A stretch of 59,153 nt of DNA, counting the filler. It is 9 parts of 9 records of this genome, joined end to end, with 100 filler letters (N's around TTAATTAATTAA, not from the genome) between each part and the next. Parts side by side here need not be neighbours in the genome. Positions count along the whole stretch, not along the records: positions 15,104 to 21,908 come from SRR31156797_7850; positions 22,009 to 29,792 come from SRR31156797_7854; 7 more parts are not named here. One strand, written 5' to 3'. Position numbers and translations under genes: made by a program. This document shows, one piece after another, positions 19,338-29,892 of this stretch; within the stretch, counting starts at the first letter, position 1, and the number at the start of each line of letters is the position of its first letter. The notes beneath the pieces are model-generated. The model worked only from the letters and a program-made list of their open reading frames with translations. It was not told the DNA's origin and made no database searches.

Positions 19338-20984
19338 CTAAAGTTGTTCGAGGCCTGGCCGAATCTGCGCCTTGAGAGAAATAATTTTTCCGGAGCTGCT
19401 GAATCCGCGAACGGTATTCATCTCTTGGCGTTCGAGAAAGTCAATTTCCGGTATTTTTTCCATCCCAAACTCTTTGGCCATAGTGGTTATGACTTCGGTG
19501 AGCTTTTTCTCAGCGTCACTCATATCAAAATAGGACCGGACTGTACCCCGGCATCCTGTTTCGGGGATGGAAAGGGTACCGTCTGATGTGTCGGCATATA
19601 AAGTTGCCTGCAGGGTAGGCCTGGTTCTGCCTGAGCCAATGGCATTGGCAACTTCGTAGTGCTCTGGAACACTGCATGGGAGCTGTAGGCTCTCTGCTAG
19701 TATATGCTGTATGGCCTGAGCCGGTCCCCCGACAAGAATGATTTCTTTGGGTTTGATTCTTTTAAGATTGAGCAGTGCTGCCACGGTGTAAACCGGACGG
19801 CTGAAGACCTCTTCAATCATATGCTCAACTACCTGTTTAATCTGGTTTGCAAAGGCTTCGAGCAGCTGTACGGCTGTTTTTTCAGGCTGCTGGTCTGGGG
19901 CCAGTTGCTGCATGGCTCCCTCAGCCTTGGCCAGATCACCTATCTGTAGTGTTTTGAGGACGATCATGGCATCTGTAGGCGTAGGGATCGGGCCCCCCAA
20001 AGCCATGGGCGGACCGTTTTTTTGTGGACCAATGGAGAAACCGTCTTCCGTATAAGACACTGCGCTGTCTCCCCCTAGGCCGACACTTTTGGTGTTCAGT
20101 GCCCTTACCAGGGTAGGTCTCTCTTTAATGGTGACCCCGTACGGTTCCAGCAGGGGAGATCCGTCAGCGAAAATTGCTATATCTGTTGTTGTACCTCCTA
20201 TATCAAGGAGGATCGCATCGCTGATATTTTTTTGTAAGGCAAGGCACCCCATAACACTTGCAGAAGGACCAGAATGCACGCTTTCGCAGGGGGTGTCACT
20301 GGCAGCTGAAAAGGGGATGGTACCGCCGTCAGCCTTGAGTATGTAGCATGGGCAGTCAAGTTCCAGCTGGCGGAGGCCATTTTTCATAGCATCTTTAAAA
20401 AGCATGAATCGTGATTTTAATGCCGCATTGAGCCAAGTTGAATAGACTCTTCTCGGGAAATTAGGTAGTCCTGATATGCGATGGCCCATGCTGATGTGGG
20501 GGAAACTGTCAGCCAACCTATCACGGGTATCCTGTTCGTGACTGTTATTGCGGTGGGAAAATTTAGTAACTACGCCGACGCTTTCAATACCATTATCCTT
20601 GAAAGAGTTCGCAGCATCATCGATGGTAGATTGGTCGGGCTTTTTGATGACATGTCCACGGTGATCGATGGCACCATTAAGGAAACAGACATGTTCGCCG
20701 CAATCAAGAAAGCTTGGGTTCATACCCGGACCTGCCTGAATCAGCATTCCTACCTTGTCAAAGGTTTCGTTGACAATGGCGTTGGTGCAGAGAGTTGTGC
20801 TGAGATGGATTCGGGTAAGGTCTGCCGGGGAATCCGGGATAAGTGTTTTCAAGAGGGCGATTATAGAATCACTGAGGTTGTCCTGGTCCACCTGAACCTT
20901 GTTTTTGACCAGTATTTTGTCGCCGTCCAGCAAAACCCCGTCTGCATGGGTTCCGCCTACATCAATGCCGATAATAAGAGCCAT
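19338..20984 (-). CDS. Hydantoinase/oxoprolinase A-type (ATP-binding) protein
   Basis: GIDVGGTHAD, STTLCTNA, KADGG, SGPSAS, DIGGTTTD, PTPTDA motifs. Confidence 0.92.
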   Translation of the reverse strand: MALIIGIDVGGTHADGVLLDGDKILVKNKVQVDQDNLSDSIIALLKTLIPDSPADLTRIHLSTTLCTNAIVNETFDKVGMLIQAGPGMNPSFLDCGEHVCFLNGAIDHRGHVIKKPDQSTIDDAANSFKDNGIESVGVVTKFSHRNNSHEQDTRDRLADSFPHISMGHRISGLPNFPRRVYSTWLNAALKSRFMLFKDAMKNGLRQLELDCPCYILKADGGTIPFSAASDTPCESVHSGPSASVMGCLALQKNISDAILLDIGGTTTDIAIFADGSPLLEPYGVTIKERPTLVRALNTKSVGLGGDSAVSYTEDGFSIGPQKNGPPMALGGPIPTPTDAMIVLKTLQIGDLAKAEGAMQQLAPDQQPEKTAVQLLEAFANQIKQVVEHMIEEVFSRPVYTVAALLNLKRIKPKEIILVGGPAQAIQHILAESLQLPCSVPEHYEVANAIGSGRTRPTLQATLYADTSDGTLSIPETGCRGTVRSYFDMSDAEKKLTEVITTMAKEFGMEKIPEIDFLERQEMNTVRGFSSSGKIISLKAQIRPGLEQL

Positions 20985-21247
20985 GTTTGCCTCTCCTGAA
21001 AAGGATTTTCTATCGCCGGTAGCTGCGGTTGCCTTTGTACTATTTTATCAATGAATAGAAGTAGATTACTCTTAAGGAGGAGATAAAAACAAGAAAATTC
21101 TCAGGCAGGTGAAGGCTATCGACATGGAATCACCAGGAAAGGCAGGTTGTTTTTTGTACCTTTCCAGAAGAAGAATTGGGATGGGTAATGCCTGGTGCGT
21201 TGGTAACAGCTATTAGTGGTAAAAGTTTGTCAAATAAAGGATTGTGG

Positions 21248-21724
21248 TCATCGGGTAAACTCTGGTTCATAGCCAACGGTAAAGGTGCTGTCAGCCATGT
21301 TGCGTGTGCTTAAAAAGGTCGCATTGTTTCTGGTAAAAGGGCAAAGTGGGCTCGTACAGGGGCTAAACCCGAACTTTTTATAGTAATTGGGATCGCCTAA
21401 AACAAACAAAATGTTGTCTTTTATCACCTGCTGGCGAAGAGAAAAACGGAGTAATTCCGAACCAATACCACGGTTTTGAAACTCTTGGTTTACTGCCAGT
21501 GTTGCTAGGTGAAGGCCGCATACCTCTTTTGCTGCATATGCATTTGAATAGGCAATGTAAGCAACAGCTTTATTGCGGATAATACACATCCATTCATGCA
21601 GCGTTCTTTGGTTGTTATGGAGGTTTTCTACGAGCCGCTTTTCATAGCTGCTTCGTGGGAACGCATTTTGGAGCAGGGCACTGACTTTAGGGTGGTCTTC
21701 TGTGGTAACTGGTCGTATTTTCAT
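21248..21724 (-). CDS. GNAT N-acetyltransferase (YhbS-like)
   Basis: LAVNQEFQNRGIGSEL and VLGDPNYYKKFGF. Confidence 0.9.
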   Translation of the reverse strand: MKIRPVTTEDHPKVSALLQNAFPRSSYEKRLVENLHNNQRTLHEWMCIIRNKAVAYIAYSNAYAAKEVCGLHLATLAVNQEFQNRGIGSELLRFSLRQQVIKDNILFVLGDPNYYKKFGFSPCTSPLCPFTRNNATFLSTRNMADSTFTVGYEPEFTR

Positions 21725-22008
21725 TTCTAAAATTGTTGTAGCTGGTGAAGCACAAAAGGGGCAGTTTTTTTAAGATAGCAGGTGTCTAGAGTTTCGTATG
21801 ACAGTAAACGCATATAAGGTCATCTGCCTTAGCTTCTTTTCCACATTCTGAGCAACTTTTTGTGATGCTGTCCCTGGTGCCTGTCACAATTAGCGGTGGG
21901 GGCGTTTTNNNNNNNNNNNNNNNNNNNNNNNNNNNNNNNNNNNNNNNNNNNNTTAATTAATTAANNNNNNNNNNNNNNNNNNNNNNNNNNNNNNNNNNNN
22001 NNNNNNNN

Positions 22009-22743
22009 AAAAACCCTTTCAAGCCCCCCCACCACCAGGCGTTTCAAGTATAGCTCGGGAGCCACCCGCATATAAAGGTCCATCCCCAGTGCATTGTGAT
22101 GGGTGATAAAAGGCCTGGCGGTGGCCCCGCCCGGAATGGGCTGCATCATGGGCGTCTCCACCTCCAGGAAGTCTTTTTCGATGAAAAACTCGCGAATGGC
22201 CTGGATGATCCGGCTCCGTGCCACAAAAACCTCCCGTACGGGATCATTCATGATCAGGTCCACATATCGCTGCCGGTACCTTGTTTCAACATCGGTTAAG
22301 CCATGCCATTTTTCGGGAAGGGGTCTCATGGATTTACCAAGCAGGGTAAGATCTTCCGCCACAATGGTCAGTTCTCCGGTTTTGGTTCTGAACAAAGATC
22401 CCTTTAGCCCCACGAAATCGCCGATATCCATCAGCTTAAACGTATCGAATTGCTCGGGCTGTATCTTGTTTTTCCTGACATACGCCTGAATCCGGCCGGT
22501 TCTGTCTTTGATGTGAATAAAGGACGCTTTTCCAAAATCCCGTCTGGACACTATTCGACCGGCCACGCAATAGCTTTTTGTCTCCTGCTCCAGTTCCTTT
22601 TCATCCATGCCGCCGAACCGCTTAAAAATTTCTCCAGCAGTGATATCCACTCGGTAACCCGCAGGATAAGGGTTGACGCCACTCGCCCTCAATTTCGCCA
22701 TTTTATTGGCTCGATCTTCCATAATCGTACTCGGTTTTCCCAT
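22009..22743 (-). CDS. lysS: Lysyl-tRNA synthetase class II; 3'-truncated
   Basis: [55 protein letters not shown]. Confidence 0.98.
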
Positions 22744-22989
22744 AATCACACAAAATCCGTCTTGAATTTATTGTTGCAACGACACGTCTTATCACAATCG
22801 ATTAAACTCACTTGTTTAATTCAATCGGCCATTATAGTCAAGGTCAATAGCAATCCGGGAAAAGTTTTTGGGGCAATAAGGTTGAACCGGATTTCCAATG
22901 TTAAAAACGAACATTAATTTATGCTTGTGGGAAGGGGGAAAATATGGGAAATTGGGGTATTTTATTTAATGGATTACGGAGGATTCGAT

Positions 22990-24315
22990 ATGGCCAAGGC
23001 GAAAATCTGGTTCATGGATGCAAGGGCGAGGCGTTTTCTGGAATCCATCGCCATCAAGGGACGAGAAATTCTGGAGTATTCCGGGTGGTTGGACAATCTG
23101 AAACCCGGCGACCTCGTGGCGGTGAAAACCCACATGGGAGAAGCGTACAATGTGGGATACCTTCGGCCCATTATTGTACGGACCCTGGTGGAAGCCCTGA
23201 AGGATAAGGGATGTCGGCCCTTCGTAACGGATACCACCACCATGCCTTACCATCCCTGGATCAGCCGAACCCTGGCCATCGATCACCTGGAAACCGCCAA
23301 CATGAACGGTTTCAACCAGGGAACCATGGGGTGCCCGGTCATCATTGCGGACGGCTGGCTGGGGACCGACGACGTGATCGTGGATCTGGAAGGTCGCGGC
23401 AATTACCTGGAAAAGCAATTCGTGGCCCGGGCCATTGCCGATGCGGACGCGGTTCTTTCCGTGGCCCATTTCAAGGGGCACCCGGCGGGCGGTTACGGCG
23501 GAGCCATGAAAAACCTCGGGGTTGGCGGCGCCAGCAAACGGGGGAAAATGAACCTGCACGGCGCCCTGGCAGGGGACAAGCCGGTTTTTAAAACGGAGTT
23601 GTGCCCCGGTCGTTCCTGTGAGTGGTGGGAAACCTGTGAGGCCTGTTGCCCGGAAGGGGGCATCACCATTACGGATCAGGGGTTCGAGGTGGATGAAGAA
23701 AACTGCGTATACTGTTTTTCCTGCGCCAACCTGTGCGTCAATATGGCGGGTGTGGGCGCCATTCAACGATTTGACCTCCTTCCGGCTTTAGGAAGACGCA
23801 TCGCCGATTCGGCCCTGGCCGCCGTGATGACCAAGGATCCCGGCATGGCCTTTTTCTTGAATTACGCCATCGATATTACGCCGGCCTGCGACTGCTACGG
23901 ATGGACGGACACCCCCATCGTGAACGGTCTGGGCATTCTGGCCTCAACGGACCCGGTGGCCGTGGACAAAGCCTGCATCGATATGATGAACCAAGCCCCC
24001 GGACTCACCAATTCGGAAGCGGAAGAATTTGACGTACTGGCACCGGGATCGAAAAAACTTAATGTCATCAAGGGGAAAGACATTGAACCCCAGGTTTACG
24101 GCGGGGTTGAAAACGGCATGGGCACAACGGACTACGAAATCGAGGAAGTCCCCATGGACCGGAGCCAGAAAACCATTGCCAAATACTATCCGGAAATCCC
24201 GGCCAGAAGGCTCAAACCCATGTACGCGGAAAACCATCCCCTGGCGGGCCTGGATACGGCCTCTTTCGGGAAACCCACCGAAGGGGTGGAAAATCCCAGG
24301 CATCCCAAGAAATAA
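22990..24315 (+). CDS. DUF362 protein with inserted 4Fe-4S ferredoxin-like domain
   Basis: VAVKTHMGE, TDTTT.Y, IADG..G, AHFKGH..GGYGGAMKNLG, C..C..CP and CVYCFSC, TPACDC. ATG 22990 after GGAGG. Confidence 0.88.
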   Translation: MAKAKIWFMDARARRFLESIAIKGREILEYSGWLDNLKPGDLVAVKTHMGEAYNVGYLRPIIVRTLVEALKDKGCRPFVTDTTTMPYHPWISRTLAIDHLETANMNGFNQGTMGCPVIIADGWLGTDDVIVDLEGRGNYLEKQFVARAIADADAVLSVAHFKGHPAGGYGGAMKNLGVGGASKRGKMNLHGALAGDKPVFKTELCPGRSCEWWETCEACCPEGGITITDQGFEVDEENCVYCFSCANLCVNMAGVGAIQRFDLLPALGRRIADSALAAVMTKDPGMAFFLNYAIDITPACDCYGWTDTPIVNGLGILASTDPVAVDKACIDMMNQAPGLTNSEAEEFDVLAPGSKKLNVIKGKDIEPQVYGGVENGMGTTDYEIEEVPMDRSQKTIAKYYPEIPARRLKPMYAENHPLAGLDTASFGKPTEGVENPRHPKK

Positions 24316-24336
24316 CACAACATGGAGGACCCTTCC

Positions 24337-25149
24337 ATGCAGAACCGGATCAAACCGATCGAGGCCTATTTTATCGAAGATGAACCCTATTATCTGCCTT
24401 CGGGCAACGAGGTAAACATCTTCACGGAATCCTACCGGAACCGTCTGCCGGTATTGCTGAAAGGGCCCACGGGATGCGGCAAAACCCGGTTTATGGAATA
24501 TATGGCATGGCGTTTAAAAAGGCCCCTTCTCACCGTGGCCTGCCATGACGATTTAACCAGCGGGGATCTGGTGGGCAGGTATCTCATTCAAGGGAACGAA
24601 ACGGTCTGGACGGACGGGCCTCTGGCCCGGGCCGTCCGGGCGGGCGGGTTCTGTTATCTGGATGAAATCGTCGAGGCCAGGAAGGACACCACCGTGGTCA
24701 TCCATCCCCTGGCGGACGACCGTCGCATCCTGCCCATGGAAAAAAAGGGGGAAGTGTTGACCGCGGCGCCCGAATTCATGCTCGTCCTCTCCTTCAACCC
24801 CGGCTATCAGAGCATCATGAAGGATCTCAAACCGAGTACAAGACAGCGTTTTGTTTCCCTTGAATTTGACTATCCTGACGAAGCGGGCGAAACCGCTATT
24901 GTGGCACAAGAATCGGGCGTGGATAAAGAAACCGCCAAGCGTCTGGTTCGTCTGGGCCGCATGACCCGAAACCTCAAGGAAAAGGGGCTGGATGAAGGGG
25001 GGAGCACCCGATTGCTCATTAACGCCGGCAAACTGATGCAATCCGGCATCTCCCCGCAAGACGCTTGTCTAGCGTCCGTCACCCACACCCTCAGCGACGA
25101 CCGGGAGATGCAGCAATCCATGAACGAAATGATCACCTCCCTCTTTTGA
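24337..25149 (+). CDS. MoxR AAA+ ATPase, CbbQ/NirQ/NorQ subfamily
   Basis: EPYY, LLKGPTGCGKTRF, ACHDDL...DLVGR, YLDEIVEARKDT, NPGYQS..KDLKPSTRQRF, STRLL. Confidence 0.95.
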   Translation: MQNRIKPIEAYFIEDEPYYLPSGNEVNIFTESYRNRLPVLLKGPTGCGKTRFMEYMAWRLKRPLLTVACHDDLTSGDLVGRYLIQGNETVWTDGPLARAVRAGGFCYLDEIVEARKDTTVVIHPLADDRRILPMEKKGEVLTAAPEFMLVLSFNPGYQSIMKDLKPSTRQRFVSLEFDYPDEAGETAIVAQESGVDKETAKRLVRLGRMTRNLKEKGLDEGGSTRLLINAGKLMQSGISPQDACLASVTHTLSDDREMQQSMNEMITSLF

Positions 25150-25162
25150 ACTGAAACACAAA

Positions 25163-27508
25163 ATGGCTTTTCTGACCGAACGGAAGGATACGAGCAACGA
25201 CATCCTCTCTGTTTTTGAGCTTCCCCTTGAAACCGGCTCCAGGATCTACTACGAGGAAGATCTGGTGGAGATGGGGTTTTTGAATCTTCTGGACGATTTT
25301 ACCACGGAGATCCGTAAAACCGTCCTGATTCATGCCCGAACCCTTGCGGGCATAAAACCGGAGTTGGCGTTTTATTTCCTTATCAAATGCAGAGAGCTCC
25401 TTGAACAAATCAACCCGGACGACCTGGAAAAATGGGTGTCCCTGGCCCTGGACATATCCGATCTTCAGGGGCTTAACCCCGCAAAAGAGTTCATTCTGAC
25501 CTTAAACAACCATCCTCTTTTTATTCGACACTGGGGAATGGGGGTTTCCTTTTTTGAGGTTCACGGTATCCTGCAAAATTATATTCATGCACTGGGAAAT
25601 CGGGACTTTCATCTGGAACCGGGCCAAACACATTATACCGACACACAAACCATTTATCTCCCTGAGCGGATCTCAACGTTTTCTCGAAAGGACGATAACG
25701 CGCTCCTTTACAAAATCATGGTCACCCACAAGTTCCTGCAGACGGCACTGGGGACCTATCGGTTGGATCTCGGGAAAATTTCCCTGCCTCAAAACACGCT
25801 CCTTCCCATAGACGAAAATTCCCTTGAAGAAAAAAGCCCCCCGCTTTCCCGTTTCCGGGACCGGTTTTCCGAACCCCTTCTGGCGGAAGAGCTCTTTAAT
25901 TTTTTTGAGACCTTAAGGATTGAGGCGTGGATAAAAGAAAATCTTCCGGGACTCTGTCGGGAAATGAACCGGCTGAAAAACCGACTGGGTCTGAAGCGGG
26001 ATGTGAACCCTGAGCTTCCCCCCAAAAGCCTGATCATGGACAATCTGATCAGCCGTTGGCTCACAGGGGATATTCACACCCTGAAGGAACCCTCTTGGGC
26101 CAAGGCGGCCGAGGATATTGCTCAATTTCCGGAAGCCATCAGAAAACCCCACTCTACCGTTGAAGATACTGCCGCAGCCGTACTCCGGGCATGTGCCCGG
26201 CTCGATGGAATCCCCGGATCCTACGAACCGGTAATGCCGGTCCCCTTCATGGGAACGCTGAAACCCGAAGACGCAGAGAGAGGGCGTCAGAAAAGACGCG
26301 AAGCCACGCGCATCAGGTTTCGTGAGGAATTGGCAAAAATGATACGGGATTTACCCCAATGGGAGCAGGTGGAAATTGAGATCCCCGGAACCGGTGAAGT
26401 GCATAAGGCTGAAAACAAGCCCTTGCCCCAACAGCAGGTTCCCGATGCCCTTCTCATGGACGGAAAGCCGGTTCCCATTCCCGAAGCCATGCGGAAAATC
26501 ATCGAAGAGATATATGAAGACCTGGGGGCCATTCCCGGCACTTACGTGGCAACGGCGGATGACATGAGCGGTCATTCTTTTCGTTCCCTCTGCCAGACGC
26601 CCACTGGAACCAGCAATATCCTTTCCGAGCACGGCGCGGGGGTCCATGTCTATGACGAATGGGATTACCGAAGGAAAGGGTATCGAAAACGATGGGCTCT
26701 TTTGAGGGAATCGGATGCCCCCATGGGCGATTCCGCTTTTTCCGACGAAGTTCTTGACCGGCATGGGGGAATGATTCAGGCCATCAAGCGGCGGTTTGAG
26801 CGGATCCAACTGGCCCGGGTCCTTTTGAAGAGGCAGAAAGACGGCGACCGCATTGATCTGGATGCCGCCATTGAGGGCTTTGCGGACCAGCGTGCGGGGC
26901 TGATACCCTCCGAGCGCGTCTTTGCCCACATGCGTCGGGACAAACGGGACATCGCCACCGCTTTTCTCATTGATTTGAGCGGTTCCACCAAGGGCTGGAT
27001 CAACGACATGGAACGGACGGCGTTACTCATCCTCAGTGAGGCGCTTCAGGTATTGAAAGACCGGTTTGCCATTTACGGTTTTTCCGGCAGGACCCGGAAA
27101 AGATGCGAACTTTTTCGCATCAAGGGATTTGAGGAAACTTACGGAGAAACCATAAAGAATCGAATTTCAGGGCTTGTCCCGCTGGATTATACCCGCATGG
27201 GACCGCCCATCCGCCATCTCACCGGCATCCTTAAACAGGTGGAGGCGCAAACGCGGCTCATGATCACCTTAAGCGACGGCAAGCCCGATGATTACGATAT
27301 CTATAAGGGCCGGTACGGCATCGAGGATACCAGGGCTGCCCTGCTGGAAGCCAAGCAAGCCGGCATCCACCCCTTCTGCATCACCATTGACAAGGCGGAG
27401 CACCATTACCTGTCCCACATGTACGGACCCGCCAATTATGTGTTCATTGATGATATCGCGAAACTACCGGTCAAAATTCCCGAAATTTATAGAAAATTAA
27501 CCACATAG
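25163..27508 (+). CDS. CbbO/NorD-type vWA adaptor protein
   Basis: YTD...IYLP, E..RIE, YDEWDY, DGDRIDLDAAI, MIDAS DLSGS, YTRMG, LSDGKPDD, PFCITID. Confidence 0.92.
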   Translation: MAFLTERKDTSNDILSVFELPLETGSRIYYEEDLVEMGFLNLLDDFTTEIRKTVLIHARTLAGIKPELAFYFLIKCRELLEQINPDDLEKWVSLALDISDLQGLNPAKEFILTLNNHPLFIRHWGMGVSFFEVHGILQNYIHALGNRDFHLEPGQTHYTDTQTIYLPERISTFSRKDDNALLYKIMVTHKFLQTALGTYRLDLGKISLPQNTLLPIDENSLEEKSPPLSRFRDRFSEPLLAEELFNFFETLRIEAWIKENLPGLCREMNRLKNRLGLKRDVNPELPPKSLIMDNLISRWLTGDIHTLKEPSWAKAAEDIAQFPEAIRKPHSTVEDTAAAVLRACARLDGIPGSYEPVMPVPFMGTLKPEDAERGRQKRREATRIRFREELAKMIRDLPQWEQVEIEIPGTGEVHKAENKPLPQQQVPDALLMDGKPVPIPEAMRKIIEEIYEDLGAIPGTYVATADDMSGHSFRSLCQTPTGTSNILSEHGAGVHVYDEWDYRRKGYRKRWALLRESDAPMGDSAFSDEVLDRHGGMIQAIKRRFERIQLARVLLKRQKDGDRIDLDAAIEGFADQRAGLIPSERVFAHMRRDKRDIATAFLIDLSGSTKGWINDMERTALLILSEALQVLKDRFAIYGFSGRTRKRCELFRIKGFEETYGETIKNRISGLVPLDYTRMGPPIRHLTGILKQVEAQTRLMITLSDGKPDDYDIYKGRYGIEDTRAALLEAKQAGIHPFCITIDKAEHHYLSHMYGPANYVFIDDIAKLPVKIPEIYRKLTT

Positions 27509-27658
27509 TATTTAAGGGCCCGTCCGGTTTGAGACTTCAATTGAAGATAAATCCAGCGGATCTTCGGATCATGTCCATTTTAAGGAATCACCCCTCCGCC
27601 ATAAGTTTTCAGAAGAAAATCAAATACCTGCCGCCCTCACTTTCTTCATTCACCCTGA

Positions 27659-28066
27659 TTATCTCACATTTTCAAATCCCTGTTCCACAAAATGCTTATC
27701 AAAACCAAAGACCTTCTCTATTTTATAACGCCGCATCATCACAAAACTGATACAATCAACAAAACTCAATTTTCTTCGTCCCAGGGTGAGCCAAAGCTCA
27801 TAGGCCAAATTGTGCATTGAACCGTCTATCCACAGGAGTTCAGCAAGGCCTAACACATCCCGATACCAGAGATTCGCGGCATCAAAACCCAAACGACTTT
27901 GCAACAGTGCCAGTGTTTCAACAATGATATAATTTCCGGTACAGAAATAAAGGTTTTTTTCCAGAAGCGTTCCCCAGAGATCCGCCGCCTGTCCATGATG
28001 AATGTCCGAACGATCCATCAGCGCGTAAAAACCTGACGTGTCTATAAATACCCGTTCATTTCGCAT
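27659..28066 (-). CDS. vapC: VapC PIN-domain toxin
   Basis: VFIDTSGFYA, YIIVET, LSFVDCISF, FGFDKHF. Confidence 0.9.
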   Translation of the reverse strand: MRNERVFIDTSGFYALMDRSDIHHGQAADLWGTLLEKNLYFCTGNYIIVETLALLQSRLGFDAANLWYRDVLGLAELLWIDGSMHNLAYELWLTLGRRKLSFVDCISFVMMRRYKIEKVFGFDKHFVEQGFENVR

Positions 28067-28319
28067 GTGGACCCACTGTTTCAAAAGCCTCTACCAGGTA
28101 ATGGTCATGTCTCTCAGAAACATCAGACAGTTTTGAAGAAAATCGACCGACTGCCGCAAGGGCGCGCCTCTTTTTTTCTTTGGGAACGCGTTCTTCACGG
28201 GAGCGGAAAAGGGCAACACCTTCACGAATCAGCTGAGAAACAGAAACGCCTCTTTCGCTCGCTTCCATTCTAAGCCATTTGATCTGTTCTTCCTCAATTT
28301 GGATCTGTGTTCGTACCAT
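28056..28319 (-). CDS. RHH/CopG-type antitoxin (VapB-like)
   Basis: MVRTQIQI...GVSVSQLIREGV...DVSERHDHYL; upstream of and overlapping vapC. Confidence 0.85.
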   Translation of the reverse strand: MVRTQIQIEEEQIKWLRMEASERGVSVSQLIREGVALFRSREERVPKEKKRRALAAVGRFSSKLSDVSERHDHYLVEAFETVGPHAK

Positions 28320-28541
28320 AAAAACACCTCCATGACAGCATTGCGCAGTAGTATATACATCATGCTATGACCCCAAATGAAGGTTGTCAAGTCTTTTGAG
28401 CACTGTCGCAATACCGTGATGCATCGGATTTATGAAGGGACCCATACACCGGTTCGCATTTACCGGTACAAAGACCGCTTGGTGCAAAGTTGGACGCGCC
28501 GGGGCCCACGTCATGGATATTATCGATCTTGACATTATATA

Positions 28542-28700
28542 TGTCGGGAAGAAAAAGTCAGGCTCACCGCCCTCAGGGCCGGGAGTCGAAAGCGGCTGGC
28601 CGTCAGGGTTGTGAATAAATATGGCTTGTCACCGGCTGAGTCCGCCGGATAATCGGGCGTGTCCACCTCGAGCATCGCTCAAATCATGATAAGGCATCAG
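28542..28700 (+). pseudogene. Degraded C-terminal HTH of an IS200/RAYT-like Y1 transposase
   Basis: Manual translation CREEKVRLTALRAGSRKRLAVRVVNKYGLSPAESAG*SGVSTSSIAQIMIR, with an internal stop; resembles the recalled LR.GSR...YGLSLAE.AR.LGVSTS tail. Confidence 0.5.
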
Positions 28701-28737
28701 AGAGTAAAATTTGTCAACATAAGGTCCCTCCGCCCAT

Positions 28738-29055
28738 CTATGATTGGACCATGGGAAGGTCCTCGGGCTTTACAATGAGATAATACCGTCCGGTTGCGGT
28801 AATACCGATAATTTGCTTCATGGCCAGATGTTCCAGGGCTTTCGGCCGATAATCCCGGGTACCCATGCGGAACAGACTTTTGCTGGCGTAGGGGAGATCC
28901 ACTGCCGAGGCGGGATTCACAGCCCCTCTTTTTTTCAGATCATCCATGATAAAAACATAAGCCCTTGAAAGCCGCCAGGAGTGAAAATGCCGGGTGAGGA
29001 TGTAGACGGCCACCAGGACCCCGATACCCACGATGATTTCCACGGTTTCATTCAT
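28738..29055 (-). CDS. Small membrane-anchored hypothetical protein
   Basis: N-terminal TM helix; GAGGGT RBS before ATG 29055. Confidence 0.7.
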   Translation of the reverse strand: MNETVEIIVGIGVLVAVYILTRHFHSWRLSRAYVFIMDDLKKRGAVNPASAVDLPYASKSLFRMGTRDYRPKALEHLAMKQIIGITATGRYYLIVKPEDLPMVQS

Positions 29056-29265
29056 ATTCACACCCTCAATTTTTCTTGCATTTCGTCCGGTTTGGATTCC
29101 GAAAAGTTGCTTTGATTGAACTTCATCATTCAATATTTCACTTGCTTTTCATTCGTCGCTAGCCTTATACTTTCACCCATTCATTATTCATGTAAAAGCC
29201 TAGCAGATTCCATGTGGTTTTCCAACCGCATTTTGCCAAGGCCTGAATGGCACAAGGGGGGGGAC

Positions 29266-29760
29266 ATGATAATTCCTGAAATCAAAAAAATCCTGTATAC
29301 CACGGATCTTTCCGAAAATGCCCGTTATGCAGCCGGCTACGCGGCGAGCATCGCCAACCGATACGGAGCCGGCATTACATTCATGCATGCCCTGGAACAA
29401 TTGTCTCCTTACCGGGAGAGCCTGGTGGTAAACGTGATCGGAGACACCAAGTGGCATGAAATCATGGAACGAAAAGAAACGGAAGTTCATGACAAATTCC
29501 GAAAAAAGCTTGAGAACTTCTGTGATGAAATGGGTGCCGAACACCCAAACTGCCCTTTCATCATTGACAACATGATCGTGAAGGCCGGCAATCCCGTTGA
29601 ACTGATTCTGGATGAGGTGCAAAAAGGAGAATATGACCTGGTGGTAATGGGCGCCCACGGCCATAAGCGTCTGGCCGATGCGGTCATGGGAAGCACCTCA
29701 AGACGTGTGCTCAGACGATGCGCAACGCCGGTGCTGGTGGTACGGCTGCCGGAAGAGTAG
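29266..29760 (+). CDS. Universal stress protein (UspA family)
   Basis: IKKILYTTDLSENA, GNPVELIL, DLVVMGAHG, MGSTSRRVLR..PVLVV. Confidence 0.95.
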   Translation: MIIPEIKKILYTTDLSENARYAAGYAASIANRYGAGITFMHALEQLSPYRESLVVNVIGDTKWHEIMERKETEVHDKFRKKLENFCDEMGAEHPNCPFIIDNMIVKAGNPVELILDEVQKGEYDLVVMGAHGHKRLADAVMGSTSRRVLRRCATPVLVVRLPEE

Positions 29761-29892
29761 ACGCACCCGGCCGATATCACGGTATTAGAGAANNNNNNNN
29801 NNNNNNNNNNNNNNNNNNNNNNNNNNNNNNNNNNNNTTAATTAATTAANNNNNNNNNNNNNNNNNNNNNNNNNNNNNNNNNNNNNNNNNNNN

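Noticed and set aside
24337-27508. Evidence for Calvin cycle or denitrification
   Set aside because: No cbbL/cbbM or norBC on the contig; the family name alone does not give the pathway.
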